Of a stretch of 64,000 nucleotides of DNA, positions 28,548 to 46,310 are shown in pieces. Location: the NCBI GenBank assembly GCA_951406725.2, contig OX597815.1, positions 75,640,001 through 75,704,000 on the forward strand, given 5' to 3'. Every line of letters starts with the position of its first letter. Position 1 is the stretch's first letter. Below the pieces are notes generated by a model. That model was given only the letters and a program-made list of their open reading frames with translations, had not been told where the DNA came from and made no database searches. The stretch is from Octopus vulgaris. Its lineage: Eukaryota. Both the position numbers and the translations under genes were made by a program.

Positions 28548-29833
28548 AGTTTGTGCATGTGCGTGTGTGCGTGCGTGTGCGTGTGTGTGTATGCGTGTGC
28601 GTGTATGTTTACATGTGTGCGTAAGTGTGCGTGTAAGCGCGCTGATACGCTAAGGAAAGCTCATTTACTTTCAGCTCGATCTGGTAACGTTTAACAAACT
28701 GCTCTCTTGTGAAAAAGGACCAGCAGAAAGTGAACGGAGTGTTGTCAATAAAGCCTGCATGCAGCTAACCATTTCTCGTTGCAGTGTTTGGCCCTGGGGG
28801 ACAAACTTTAGGACATAAAATAACAGAAGAAAATTAGAGGATAATGGAATTGCCTGTGATACTTGCATAAAGGGCCTCCGCTTTAGTCTCGGATTTCATG
28901 ACAGCGGATACTGTAACGAATTTCATTTCGTATCTGGAAAGGGAAACGTAAATTGCCTAGCGTTTTCGATCATGCACGCACACAAAAAGTTATGTCCCTA
29001 TAGATTCCCATTTCACGAATTATCCCATTAAATTATGCCATGACCCTCGGTTATTCTTACTATTTTATTTTACTTTATTTTATTTGTATCTTTTTTTCTT
29101 TTCTTTTTTTTTTTTTCATATATATATTTCTGACCATCTAACCCCCGTTCTTCGTTTTCTGCTGCTACCAAATGAACATGAAGTCGGATGCAAGCTCCGC
29201 TATATCAAATGATTATTATCACAGAGAGAACTAATGTCTGCGATGATTCCCTGTGCGAGTGTGGGGCGATGATGATAGGAATAAACAAGACACAAAACAA
29301 AATACACTGCAGCAGAGCTTTAAAAAATCTAAAACGAAATATTAGGAAGGAAAACAAAAACAAAAACAAGAACAGAATAAAACAAAAAAAAACAACCACG
29401 GATTTTCGAAGAGGTGGGGGGGAGGTGAATATGGATAAAAACATGATGGAAAATAATAAAAATATAATAAACACGATAAAAAAAAACCATCAAACAAACG
29501 AGAAAAACATTTCAAAAGCTATACTGACAAAACCAAAACATTTCTAGTGAGAGAAGCAAATTAGAAAAAACACATTACTGTATTAAATTTAGTTTGTTTC
29601 ATAGATTTTCTTGCACTTTACACACTGCAAGGTGTATATATTTGCTCCTTGTTCCATCCCAACACCTACATACACATACAATATAAGTTTTCGTCTCATA
29701 AATTATAAAACTACTGCAGCGATTGAACGGACAGCCGTTTTTTGTATGTACTCAAATTTTCTCGTTATACATTATCTTCCAACTGGGCCCGCAGTTGTGT
29801 ATATCTATCAATCATTTGATATTTTAAACACTC

Positions 29834-29893
<60 letters not shown>

Positions 29894-30212
29894 TTTATAT
29901 ATATATATACACATATATACATATATATGTGTGTGTGTGCACATATGTATATATATGTGTATATATGTATATATATATATGTGTGTATATATATATATAT
30001 ATGTATATATATGTACATATATATATATATTTATATATATATATGTATATATATGTATATATATATATATATATATAATATATATATGTATATATATATT
30101 TATATATATATATATATATATGTACATATATATATATATATGTATGTATGTATATATATATGTATATATATGTATGTATGTCTATATATATATGTGTGTG
30201 TATGTATGTATA

Positions 30213-30290
<78 letters not shown>

Positions 30291-30318
30291 AAAAATCTTG
30301 CACAACAAATATTTAAAC

Positions 30319-30360
<42 letters not shown>

Positions 30361-30738
30361 TATGTATATATATATATGTATATATATTTATGTATATATA
30401 TGTATATATATATGTATGTATATATACATGCACATATGTAACTCTTTTACTCTTTTACTTGTTTCAGTCATTTGACTGTGGCCATGCTGGAGCCCCACCT
30501 TTAGACGAGCAAATCAACACCAGGACTTATTCTTTGTAAGCCTAGTACTTATTCTATCGGTCCCTTTTGCCGAACCGCTAAGTTACGGGGACGTAAACAC
30601 ACCAGCATCGGTTGTCAAACGATGTTGGGGGAAAAACACGGACACACAAACATATACACACACATACACACACACACACACACACATATATATAAATATA
30701 TATGTACGTATATATGAATGTAAATATATATGTATATA

Positions 30739-30797
<59 letters not shown>

Positions 30798-31164
30798 GTT
30801 TGTGTGTGTGCAAAGGCATGTGTGTGTTATAAGTGTGTAGAGTCTAATATACATTTACCATATATGTTAACCAGGATTATATATCCGGAATTAATGAGTT
30901 CATGCAATCAGGCTGGTAGCCGACTATATTTATAGCGGATTGACAACTGATAACGAAGGAGTGGATGAAATTATACTTAACGTTTTTATATGAACTACTC
31001 GTTTCTGACTGTAAGTGTCATGCATCGTATATCATTATGGTCTTCTTTTTAACATTCATGAAAGCAACTTGAACGTATAACACCTGAGTCAGTTATGTAT
31101 ATTTTTCACTGTGCTCGTTCGAAGTTGCTCTCATCAGCACAACAGTTCATGTTGTCATTGGTAG

Positions 31165-31386
31165 TCTTTTATCTTTTATCCTTTATCTTGTTTCGGTCAT
31201 TAGACTGCAGCCATGCTGGGGCACCGTCTTGAAGAATTTTTAGTCGAACTAATCGTCCCCAGTACTCATTTTCTATTTCAGCTTGACACTTATTCTATCG
31301 GTTACTTTTGCCGAACCACCAGATTACGGGAACATAAGCACACCAACACCGGTTATGAAGCGATGGTGAGGGACACACACGGAAAC

Positions 31387-31482
<96 letters not shown>

Positions 31483-31630
31483 CGACGGATTTCTTTCCGT
31501 TTCCGTTTATCAAATCCACTTCTCGAAGCTATAGTAGAAGACACTTACCCAAGGTCCCATACAGTGGGACTGAACCTGGACCATGTGGTTAAGAAGCAAA
31601 CTTCTTAGCACATAGTTATACCTGTGCCTT
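31165..31630 (-). mobile_element. tRNA-type SINE, family B
   Basis: Reverse complement relative of 43459-43870 with an internal microsatellite. Partial copies near 24180-24370, 30441-30650, 32312-32710, 55040-55220, 63700-63860. Confidence 0.7.
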
Positions 31631-32468
31631 TCTATGCTTGCGCCTATTGGAGAACAACTCAGCATTTTCCAAAAATCTTTGGAGGTCGAGGAAGATAAAA
31701 AGTCCATGGCCGATTCTGAACAAAGTATTAGTGTTTACAAATGGAAAACCGTCACATTATTTGCCACCCACTCGAATCTTCAACGAAATAAGTGAAATTG
31801 ATTAAAAACTACTTCCTATATTTCGAGCCTATTTTCATTAAAGTTGATATAGATAAGATATACCTACCTCGCACAAAAACAGAGGGAGAGCTGATCAAAA
31901 TTTGGGAACTATTAAACATAATAACACGGAGTCTGCAAAAGGACTTAAGAAAAGATCAAAGATAAATTACTTAGCAGTGTAGAGCAACAGGTAAAAAATA
32001 GTGGGGTTCATATCTGTATGAGAACAGTTAGTTATAGATTAGATTCTAAGAACATTGAAGTAAAATGCAGAGATAAGGACAAAATAAATTAAGAGGTTTT
32101 TAAAAAAAAGTTTTGTAACTCAAGAAAAGTTTTGGGAGAAAAACTTAGAAAAAAGATGTGTCACTATGAAAGCCTAAAAGACTAAAATCTGTGAACAAAA
32201 CGCCCGAGAGAAGTTTGATGTTAGTTGCACAAAATCAGTAAGTTACAAATATGAACTGTCAATATATCTTAAAGAAATTACATCTGGATATTATTAACAA
32301 TTAATTATTAAGAGGCGCAGGTATGGCTGTGTGATAAAGAAGCTCGCTTTGCAACCACATAGTTTTGGGTTCGAATCCACTGCGTGGGACTTTCGGCGAG
32401 TGACTTCTACTATAACTCCGGGTTGATCAATGAGTGGATTTGGAAGACGGAAATGTGTGGAACCTCGC

Positions 32469-32524
<56 letters not shown>

Positions 32525-34666
32525 GGCGCGTTGGTGCATGTCCCTTACGTCACTTGACAACCGGTGTTGATTTGTTTACTTTCCAGTAACTTCACAGTTT
32601 CGGTTAATGGGGCCGATAGAATAAGTACAGGACTGAGAAATAAGAACTGAACTCGAGTTTTTTGGCTAAAAGCCTTCTTTTCAATGAAACGTAAACGATA
32701 AAAGATAACAACGCAGATAATTAAAAGCAGAATGATTTAATGATTATATAGATGAAGAAAATTGAAGTGAAAATAAGAATTAAATTGCAGTGCAAATATA
32801 TGTAAGTTGAAATAGAGAAGGTTATATTTCTTAAAGAAAGGTAAATAAATTAGTGATAAGAAAAAATGAAGAATTGAAATCTAGTTAAAGGGAAGTGACT
32901 AAGAAAGGGTGTTGGAATGAATAGATAAGGAAGATAATGAAGAAGAGAAATTACAGAAAGCGAAGTAAGATAAAAAAAAATAGCTTGGAACATACTAGTC
33001 ATTCAAAAATACATAAAAACTTAATTTTTATAGTCAAAATTTTCGTCACACTATCCAAGTTGAAAATTTTGACACCAAATAATAGATGTAATTGTTTTTA
33101 ATTTCATCTCTGTCTCAGATCAAATCACTTTCTTGGCAAGTACAAAGATAAGAAAAATGAATACATGTAGGTTACATAATTAGACAAGGTATAGTGATTA
33201 GGTTTTATGTGTTAGTGGTAGGTCTATTTACAAAAAGGAGCTCTATGCACATTGGCTCATTCAGGAAAAATTAGATTGGCTAATTCAGGAAAAAAATCAT
33301 ATCTCGGGTTAAAATAATCACCTGATAGTGGTTGAGGGCTCGTTTGGACCACAATTTTAAGGGCTATCAGCTGGAACCAAAATTATTTGTTTTTTCTTTG
33401 TTTGTGGGGGTCTGGATTCAAATAACCAAATCAGGGCATATCGACCAAAATTGCCTTTTTTGGTGCATTGCAGTTAAAAATGAGTATCTGCAAGATCTCG
33501 CCAGTTTTCGATCAAAGATAACAACCATATCTTCAGAACATAAGGTGTCTTCTTTGAGAAGAACAATCAAGAATCGAATCACTATATTACTGACTGGTCC
33601 ATGTTACGCATATTTATTGTTAGGCATTGTTGCTTCAATATTTGTTGGTATGGTAGATTTCAATCCAGGGATTTGTTGGGAATATTTTCTTTTTGTTATC
33701 TCGTGTTTTGGCCCTTTTTCAATTTCGGCGTTAGCAAGGCAAAATCCTCCAAGTCGGAATCTGACCTTCCTAATCAGATTTTTACCCAATAAAATAGGCT
33801 AAATACCAAAAAAAGTGCATTTAAGATCAATTATTTCAAGAAATTTATTAGGTTTTGAATCCATTTTGTTTTCTGTCTTTATACTTGTTTAATCACGTTG
33901 GTGGGGTCAATAACTACCGATTTTACCCAAATTTAGTTGGTTTTGATGTTTGGTACCCAAATTAGAATTATACTTTCTGTGTGGCCTTTGAACTGGTTTT
34001 TTTCCACAGTTTACATAAAATGTTGAGGATGTTAGCTCTTAATATGTCAAAATTTGTCATTTTTAAAAAAAAATCATCAAGTTTGAGGGGGTTTTACCAA
34101 AAATTTGATTGTTTTTTTCAAATTTCTCAAATTTATGTTGCCCTATGCACTCTAAGCTGTAGCTCGACTGAAAGACAATAAAAAATGCTTCTAAATAAGT
34201 TCAAACAGAGGTTCAAAATCTTTTTTATGAAAGAAAATATGTTCAGTCTTACGATACTAAAAAGAAACGCAAATTTCGTTAAATTGGCCGATTTTAAAGA
34301 GCTATAAAAATTGAACAATACATTATTTTAAACTCAGGTTTTTTGCTTTGTGATCTCTTGAGTTTAGAGAACCAGAAAATATGCATTTTAAACATCTGGG
34401 GGAAACTTCCAAAAATGACAAAGTGCTATGTGAATAAGTAATTAATTAGGTGAGGGCGGGTATTTGGATTAAGGTCATCGTAAACGTTTATTTTACTCTT
34501 TTACTTGTTTCGGTCGTTGGATTGCGGTCACGCTGGGGTACAGCTTTGAAGAGCTTTGTCATTACCGAGGACGTAAACAAGTCAACACTGGTGGAGAAGC
34601 GGTGGATGGGGACAGACACAAAGACACGTACGTGCACACATATACAATGGGCTTGCATACTGTAAA

Positions 34667-35790
<1,124 letters not shown>

Positions 35791-35937
35791 ATAGATAGAT
35801 AGATAGATAGATAGATAAATACACATGTATGTTTAGACATATACACGATATAATTAGATGCATATATGTATACATATATATATACATATAAACACACACA
35901 TGTATGTCTGTATATTAACACACATAATTAGGTGAAC

Positions 35938-35983
<46 letters not shown>

Positions 35984-38176
35984 GTGCACACACGCATGTG
36001 TGTGCGCGTGTGTGCGTGTGTGCGTGTGTATGTGCGCGTGCGTGTGTATGTGCGCGTGCGTGTGCGTGTGTGTGTGTGTGCGCGCGTGCGTGTGTATGTG
36101 CGCGTGCGTGCGTGTGTTTGTGCGTACGCGCGTGTGTGCATGTATATATGTATGCGTGCATGCATGCATAATTATTGGATAGTCCCAGGAAGAAAGACAG
36201 CATCCATAATATCAATGACATTTTTCAAAGGCTCCAAGACTGGTGGGAGATAAAGATGAAGTAATTTTCAGGCCGAATATTTAAGTGAATTCGAACTCTT
36301 GCTATAATGCAGACTCCACTTAACACATCCATGGGACATTTGTCGTGGAAAAGGTCTTGTCTATTTCAATTTTATCACTTTAATCCTTCTATATATTGGT
36401 TTCAAGTTTTAATACAAAGCCAGCAGTTTCGAGGGAGGGGAAAGTGGACTACATCGACCCCAGGGCTCAGCTGGCATTTATTTTATCGACCCTGGAAGGA
36501 TGAAAGGCAAAGTCGACCCCGGTTAAATTTGAATTCGGAGTGTAAAGACAAACGAAATGCCGCTAACGATTTTGCCAGCTCGCCGCCCTATTCTTCCATT
36601 GCTGTAGTTTTACTAATAACTTCACCTGTTATTATATTACGCATGCGTTTTGATCTGTAATTGCATATTCAATCGTCATTGTTATAGTTGTATTATTGTA
36701 TTCTGAGGGATGGGTGGGTTATTTTACCAATAATAAATACATTGATTAAAATTACGATTATTAGTCCCTTATTTATTCTCTAATGAGTTGGTTATTAACA
36801 TTAAAGCTGTCCGATACATCTGTAGTAAAGATCATAAACTAGGTTACATGAATTTAACGAACACCTTTGATACTAATGAATAAATAATTAAAGAGCAAAT
36901 ACTATTTGGTATTGGTGCGTATAGTTTTATTTTTTGGTTAGGGTTTTTGTTTTTTTGAAAGGGGCATAAGTTGACTCTCCCAAAATGTGGCGAGTGGGGG
37001 GGAGATAGGTAGGTAGAGGCGTAGTTGTACGGTAAGAAGTTTGTTTCTCAACGACATGGTTCCAGTTTCAGTCTCACTGAGTGGCACCTTTTACATTACT
37101 TATAGCCCCAGGCCGACAAAGCCTTGTGAGTAGATTTCGTAGATGGAAAGTGAAAAAAGCGTTTCCTCTGTGTCTTTGTGTGTGTGTGGTAGAGAAAATG
37201 GGACACGAGATGACAATGGAAAGACGGAAAAAAAAAACAGGAACAATCACACACAATGGATGCGGTTATGGTCAATTTTTCATTAGTTATCGGCCAAATA
37301 TCATCACAGTTTCGACACTTAACGACAATATTGCTCAGTTGGGTAGCATCAGCAACATAAGCAACTGGAAGATAAATAAGTGAACTGATGCTATAACAGT
37401 GCTTGTCATAATTGTCGAGCGAATTTTCCGCGGCCAATGGTCAAATAATATTTTATGTAATCCAGTCTACGTTGTTGAGTTGAATATATGTGCGCGTGTG
37501 TACATGTGTAAGAAAAAGTCTGCCTCAGATTTAAACTGAGTTAGGCTGGCATAATTAGATGGAAACGTTTCTCTACACGATCTGTTCTTGGCGGGACTAT
37601 TTTATAGACATGTTCTTTTAGTTTAATTTTTCAAACATCACTCTGATAGAGAAAGAGCTGAGCTCCAACCTAGAATCGAGACTTTCTCATTAGCATTTAG
37701 ACTACATCAATTAGGTTAATCATATATGCATGTATATTTCTCCTTTCTTTTATCATTAGAATTCTTTCTTGAAGGAAGGAGACGGTTTCTAATAAATAAA
37801 CAAAATTCGATCGCTAGAATTAGGATTGAAAAAACAATAATGATTATATTTTGAACATTAGAAAAGTCTTGCATATTCTTACTGTTCCGCTTACAGATTG
37901 CATTTGTAAAAAGTGTGTTAGCCGGTCTCTTTTTTTGCTGAAACTCCTACATTAGTGCTCCAAGTACACTAATTGGTATACGTAAATGTGAATTTATCAT
38001 AAGAATAGAGAAGTTGCAGGTTTAAAGCATTTATCCATAAATACCATAACTTCTCGCTGATTTTGGAAGAGACATTCTCATTTGCAGAAGACCGCTGTGA
38101 CTATGTATAATTTTTTTCTTTTCTGCCTCAAATAAGTATATCAGAACTGTTTGTATGCATATAGATAGATAGATAG

Positions 38177-38272
<96 letters not shown>

Positions 38273-38769
38273 CAGGCAGGCAGGCGGGCAGGCAAGCAGG
38301 TAGGCGAGCAGGCGGGTGAACAGATGGACGGATAGATCGATGGATGAGTGAATATGTACGAATGTGTGTATCAACGAATGTATATATTTGCATGCAGGCG
38401 TACTAGTCATACGGCTACCGATTTTGTATGTTTTGATTTAAATATGAGTACATAATCATATATTCGTATATCCATACTTGAGAAAGTATACATACTACAT
38501 GACAAACTACAGTAATGTGTATATAATGTTTTAGTGTTTTAGATATTTTTATTGTTCTGGTAATGGATTATATACGTAATTTTGTAGTTATGTATGAAAT
38601 GTATATATGAATGCGTGCATGTATATATGTATATATATGAAATGTATGTATTAAGCATGTATGTATAAATGTATATATATGAAATGTATGTATGAATGCA
38701 TGTATGTATATATTGATATGCATGTATCTATTTGAAGGCTGTCTAACACTTTTATCTTCTCTTCAACAG

Positions 38770-39300
38770 GTTTGGTTCCAGAATCGACGAGCTAAGTGGA
38801 AAAAACGCAAGAAGACTACAAACGTGTTTCGCACACCAGGCGCTTTGCTTCCCTCACACGCACTGAACCCATTCAGTGGCATGAATGATACCCTTTGCTC
38901 ATTTCATCCCTCAGACACCCGATGGGCTGGTATGTCACAAATACCGACCCCAATGAACGGCAATCAATTCGGTCTGGCGACAGCTATACCTCGCCAGGGC
39001 TTGGCCCAGTCTTTATCACCTCAAGTATCGGTAGGATTGAACCAAGGAAACGTTTTGGGTAACGGTATCACATGCAATGTGACCAACACTGTGAACAGCC
39101 CTTCAATTTACAATACTGCCTATTGTGTTCCTTCGTCTGGTACATCACCCATGTCTGATGGATCTCAGTCCCCGTCCATCACAACATCCCAGATCCCATG
39201 CGCCATGCAGGAACTTGGCGATGCATGGAGAGGTACTAGTATAGCATCTCTCAGACGGAGGGCGCTGGAGCACACTGTAAGCATGTCAGGTTTCCGATGA
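38770..39300 (+). CDS. Otp: Orthopedia homeobox protein, last coding exon (helix 3, Otp tail, OAR motif, stop)
   Basis: VWFQNRRAKWKKRKKTTNVFRTPGALLPSH (Q50 homeodomain plus Otp-specific extension) and WRGTSIASLRRRALEH (OAR); TGA at 39298-39300. Confidence 0.96.
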   Translation, partial: VWFQNRRAKWKKRKKTTNVFRTPGALLPSHALNPFSGMNDTLCSFHPSDTRWAGMSQIPTPMNGNQFGLATAIPRQGLAQSLSPQVSVGLNQGNVLGNGITCNVTNTVNSPSIYNTAYCVPSSGTSPMSDGSQSPSITTSQIPCAMQELGDAWRGTSIASLRRRALEHTVSMSGFR

Positions 39301-39526
39301 CCTGCGTCCTTCTACTGGACTCTCATTGAGTAACAACATCCGAATACATATATATATATAAAAACACATATGTTACTAGAAGAGACAGTCTCTTACCATT
39401 ACCACAAGCATTATTATTATTACTATTATTATAATTATAATTATTATTATCATTACTATTATTATTACCGTTGTCATTGAATCGTTTCAATAATTAGTAT
39501 TTATAATAGCTGCTGCTAAATTACAA

Positions 39527-39543
39527 AATAAAAACTTAATAAA
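39527..39543 (+). promoter_or_regulatory. Candidate Otp polyadenylation signals
   Basis: AATAAA at 39527-39532 and 39538-39543, ~230 nt past the stop, followed by U/GU-rich (ttga)n. Chance matches are common in AT-rich DNA. Confidence 0.35.
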
Positions 39544-39560
39544 TACATCGTAAGAATAGC

Positions 39561-39610
<50 letters not shown>

Positions 39611-40147
39611 CAGCTGAATTAATTAAATTAGAGGAAACCAGTGAGAAATTAACGGAGGAAAATGAAATTCTTTTCTTCGGGTAACTCAGTTACGGCGCTG
39701 ACCCCACTTTCAAATACATCATATTCTTCAACATTTCGCTCTCACCCTGTGCAAATCTAACGAGAAACAGAAAAAATAATCAGTGTTTGTCAATATTAAA
39801 TATTAAAATTGTGAATACTATTTCATATCTCTTTACTGTGCAAGAATCCTTTTTTTTTTAACCTTCAATACAATTTTAAATCTTTACTAAAAAAAACCTG
39901 ATCTGAATTTTTTTTATTGAATCTCAAACACAAGACACGCACACTCATACACACATACACACAAGGTTACATGTATGCAAACACATTCATACATATATAT
40001 ACATATATATACATATTTATATATATACGTATATATACACATGTATATATATAAATATATATATGCATGTATATATGTATATATATACATATATATATGC
40101 ATGTATATATATTTACATACATATATATATACATGTACACATATATA

Positions 40148-40197
<50 letters not shown>

Positions 40198-40198
40198 C

Positions 40199-41366
<1,168 letters not shown>

Positions 41367-41706
41367 TGCAAATGTTTCAGTTCAATATGATCGTTCTAAT
41401 TATTATTTTTATTGTTATGATTATCATTGTCCTTATCATTTTAAATTATTTGTACAATTATTATTTTTGTTATCATTACACTTATCATCATCATCATCAT
41501 CATCATTATTATTATTATTATTATTAATATCATCATCATCGCCGTCGTCCTCGTCATATATATATATATATTATTGTGGCACCGTACAGTAACAGTCAAA
41601 CTCCCGGCTATCGAAGTCTGTCATACCACCTGATTCCGAAATGCCAGTTGTAAAGATTGCATTTTAATTGTGTCGCTAATATTCTTGGAACATGCATATA
41701 CTTTTC

Positions 41707-41780
<74 letters not shown>

Positions 41781-41938
41781 TTACTGAGGCTATTTCTTTT
41801 CACTTACATTTGGAAAAGCATGGAGCATGGACCGGTTCTTGCAGACACCACCTCTAAAATATTTGAATCTTAATAGCAATTACTGCGCTAATTAATAAGA
41901 AACAATTACTGTGGCAGGTTTCCATTTTCATTTCGTGT

Positions 41939-41978
<40 letters not shown>

Positions 41979-42148
41979 GCACGCGCGCGCGCGTGTTTAT
42001 GCGTACATATAGACATACATATATATATATAGATATAGATATAGATACACACACACATATACATACACACATATACACATATATACATATAGACATACAT
42101 ACGTGTATTTGTACATATATTTGTACATACAAACATATAATTACACAC

Positions 42149-42301
<153 letters not shown>

Positions 42302-42706
42302 CAATAATAAAATGGTAAAATTAATTAAATGTATATGTACATGTATGTATGTATATAATGCCTCATAAAAGGTATTCACATGTCAGCCCTCCCAAAACTG
42401 TCGTTAGTAATGCCACTAAAAATGTAAAATTTAACAGAATCTGTAAAATACCAGAGTTATTACTTTGTGTATACTAGGTCTTTAATTCCTTTATTCTTTT
42501 ACTGTTTTCAGTCAATGGTCTGCGACCGGTGGTTTCAATCGATTATACCGGCCCCAGTATTTTGTCGACCGCCAAATGACAAAAGGCAAAATCAACTAGT
42601 GTGCAGACGACAACAAATATTTTAGGGAAGCAAGTACCGTATTGTATAATGCATATTTGCTCGACACATTCATTCTACCAACCGTGTGTGTGTGTGCGTG
42701 CGTGTG

Positions 42707-42860
<154 letters not shown>

Positions 42861-42981
42861 TTCCAAGGGGTGGCAAGTTCAAAGAAGCTTTGTCCGGCCA
42901 CTTAGAATAAAGAACTGAAAGATAAATGTGAGAGTGATTAAACATTTAATCTATAATTATAAATCCAAGAAATATATATAT

Positions 42982-43046
<65 letters not shown>

Positions 43047-43336
43047 ATTATAAAGCAGCAAAAATATCACAAAAACCGTTACTCAGTTTGTCTACTTCTG
43101 ATATTCGAGTGCTATTTTTTCTACCTTGTTTCGCATTTATGTGCTAACTCTGGTATATATATATCGTCAGTAAATCATAAGTCCGATAGAGTTATAGAGC
43201 AATAGTGTAATTAGATAAAGTTAGTTAAGGCCGATGTATGGGATTACTCTGAGTTTTACATCCATAAAGCGCATAGCTTTACAGCGTTTCTTCAGACCCG
43301 GCCTGAACTATCTTTATCTAATTATATATATATATA

Positions 43337-43454
<118 letters not shown>

Positions 43455-43458
43455 TATA

Positions 43459-43624
43459 AGGAGTGGCTGTGTGGTAAGTAGCTTGCTAACCAACCACATG
43501 GTTCCGGGTTCAGTCCTACTGCGGGGCACCTTGGGCAAGTGTCTTCTACTATAGCCTCGGGCCGACCAATGCCTTGTGAGTGGATTTGGTAGACGGAAAC
43601 TGAAAGAAGCCCGTCGTATATATG

Positions 43625-43661
<37 letters not shown>

Positions 43662-43870
43662 CTGTGTTTGTCCTCCTAGCATTGCTTGACAACCGATGCT
43701 GGTGTGTTTATGTCCCCGTAACTTAGCGGTTCGGCAAAAGAGACCGATAAAATAAGTACTGGGCTTACAAAGAATAAGCCCCGGGGTCGAGTTGCTCGAC
43801 TAAAGACGGTGCTCCAGCATGGCCGCAGTCAACTGACTGAAACAAGTAAAAGAGTAAAAGAGTAAGAGTA
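43459..43870 (+). mobile_element. tRNA-type SINE, family B, full length
   Basis: Head ggagtggctgtgtggtaag..gggttcagtcc, ccttgggcaagtgtc, internal (TA)/(TG), tail aagtaaaagagtaaaagagta; 3' part repeated at ~43935-44042. Confidence 0.8.
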
Positions 43871-44039
43871 TATAATATATATGTATATATGATTTATATA
43901 TGTAATATATATATACATATATATATATATGTATAAAATAAGTACTGGGCTTACAAAGAATAAGTCCCGGGCTCGATTTGCTCGACTAAAGGCGGTGCTC
44001 CAGCATGGCCGCAGTCAAATGACTGAAACAAGTAAAAGA

Positions 44040-44079
<40 letters not shown>

Positions 44080-45016
44080 GAAACAGATGAAACCAAGTAT
44101 ACTAAGCGAAGCATTTTTTTTCTAAAAGGCATCTGACGGGATGCATCATATAGTATTCGCACCAGTAATTGACCGATGCAAAATGGGTCAAAACGATCGT
44201 TGTGATGGATAAAGATATATATGTTGAATAAATATATCAGAAACCATGCATATTGTGGAGTAGCTGTCGTTACGATGCCCAAAGTATCTTGGATCTGGGA
44301 CACTTTAACCATACAAGAGAGTTGCAATGCAGACAACAGCACAGAATGGGGCAGCAGAGGCATATCCAGGAGTCATGACCTGGATGCAGCAAAGGCCAAA
44401 CCACTTTAATGAGAGGTGGAGGCTTCTTCTCTGAAGACCACCAGCTGTTCAGCTCTCCTTAGAGTTTCTTACTACTTTTCTAACAGCTGTTAGTTGGCGT
44501 GGACCTTTACCAATCAGCCGAATGTCCTTTTTTTTTCTTTTTCAATACGATCAACAATGTTAATGTGATGAGCGGAACCACCGTCCCAGATATGGGAGCA
44601 GTATTGTAATTTGCCTCGTACTTATATTTTGTACATAGAAACCTAATTGCAGTAAGTTTTCTGACCTTGAGGATGAAGAATGGCTCGTTAAAGTGAGACA
44701 AGAAATAGTAACGAAAGTAAAAAAAGGATAGGTCAGTTAATGGATTAACGTGAATGTAAATATAGCTATCTCAATATAATGCATATTATGATCACTATAA
44801 GATATTGTCAGATATGATGAGGCAGAGAAACTGTAGTAACTTTGAGGGTTTTGGTGCCCTTAGCGAAGCCCGATCTTTTCCAAGCATTTGGGTCTAATCA
44901 ACGGTTTAAAGACACCTTCTTTCCCCACTCCCGACTGATTCGGAGGCCTTGTAGGGGATCATGAGCACTGTCATCCTTCCTGGTGAAATTATATTACAAA
45001 ATGTATAGTGTGAGAT

Positions 45017-45259
45017 CTATGCTACGAATGACGTCTGAATGCATAGGCAAAGGATAGTGAAGTTGGTATCATCCGTATAAGCTTGTGTGTGGGTAGAAGT
45101 TATAGTATAATCATGTAAATGTTTAGAAGTATCATTAAGGGAGAAGGCTATCGGAAACATAACTGAACCTTGGCTTACACCTGATATTATTAAATATGGC
45201 TGAAGAGAGTAGCGTAATTTGAGAGCCCAATATTTCTTCCTGATATCTAATAGCAGCAT
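45017..45259 (-). pseudogene. LINE reverse transcriptase fragment (CR1/L2/Jockey group)
   Basis: SGVSQGSVMFPIAFSLND..AYTDD resembles the GVPQGS..P..F..ND and YADD motifs. Confidence 0.65.
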
Positions 45260-45312
45260 AGAGATAGCTTTCTTTCTGACTCTCTGTTTCTTCCTCTCCT
45301 TCCACCTTCTCT

Positions 45313-45372
<60 letters not shown>

Positions 45373-45414
45373 ATATATGTATATATATTAGTATAAATAT
45401 GTATGTGTAAACAT

Positions 45415-45482
<68 letters not shown>

Positions 45483-45485
<3 letters not shown>

Positions 45486-45832
45486 AATATCTAAATGGAT
45501 GAATGAATTATCCTTTGTTTACCGTTAACATGGAAAATTCAATAAACAGTTACCAGGGTAGCAAAATTCATGCACGTAACACGGATGAAGCGACCTATTC
45601 AAAGGTAGAAACTCCGGGTTAATGTGCAGTAATTTGTGTATTATGCAATCTTCTCATCAAGAAAGAGTAATTGTTATAATGTCTTGTTGTTGAGATAGGC
45701 TCTCTTTCTTTCCTGATAAGAAGATTGCATTTTACACCATTTATTCCTTTGGAATAATACCATGTTGTCTTCGAAACATATGTTGAAAGTAAATGAATTT
45801 TAATAACATCTTCGTTCAACTCCATTTATTTA

Positions 45833-45835
<3 letters not shown>
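45483..45835 (+). mobile_element. Short ORF-less hammerhead-bearing element, diverged copy
   Basis: Shares both ends with 57190-57668 and is (TA)n-flanked. Hammerhead 45708-45789: ctttc/gaaag, CTGATAA, gaaga..tcttc, GAAA, catatgt-t. Confidence 0.7.
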
Positions 45836-45898
<63 letters not shown>

Positions 45899-46245
45899 CT
45901 GGTTATTTACATTCTGAATTCAAATGCCGCCGAGGTGAACTTTGCCTTTCGTCTTTCTGTTGTTGATTTAATAAAGTAACAGTTAAAATTGCTGGCCGTG
46001 AGCCCAAATCAGAAACCAAGAGTGACAAACAGGCAGAATCGTTAGAATGGAGGAAAAACGCCTTGCAGTATTTCTTCCGATTCTACGATCTGAGTTCAAA
46101 TCCCATGTAAGTCAACTCTGCTTTCCTCTTTTCTGGGTCAACTAGTTCCTTCCCAAAACATTTCAGGCCTTGAGCCTATAGTAGACAAGATTATCATTAT
46201 TATTAGTAGTAGTAGAAAAACCAATAGTAGAAAGGCTTATTATTA

Positions 46246-46310
<65 letters not shown>

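Noticed and set aside
38692-38769. N-terminal MNACMYIL.. extension of the last Otp exon
   Set aside because: Intronic repeat and polypyrimidine tract upstream of the acceptor.
43270-43310. CTGAAGA-AACGC on minus strand as a hammerhead
   Set aside because: Stem II absent; at most a deleted remnant.
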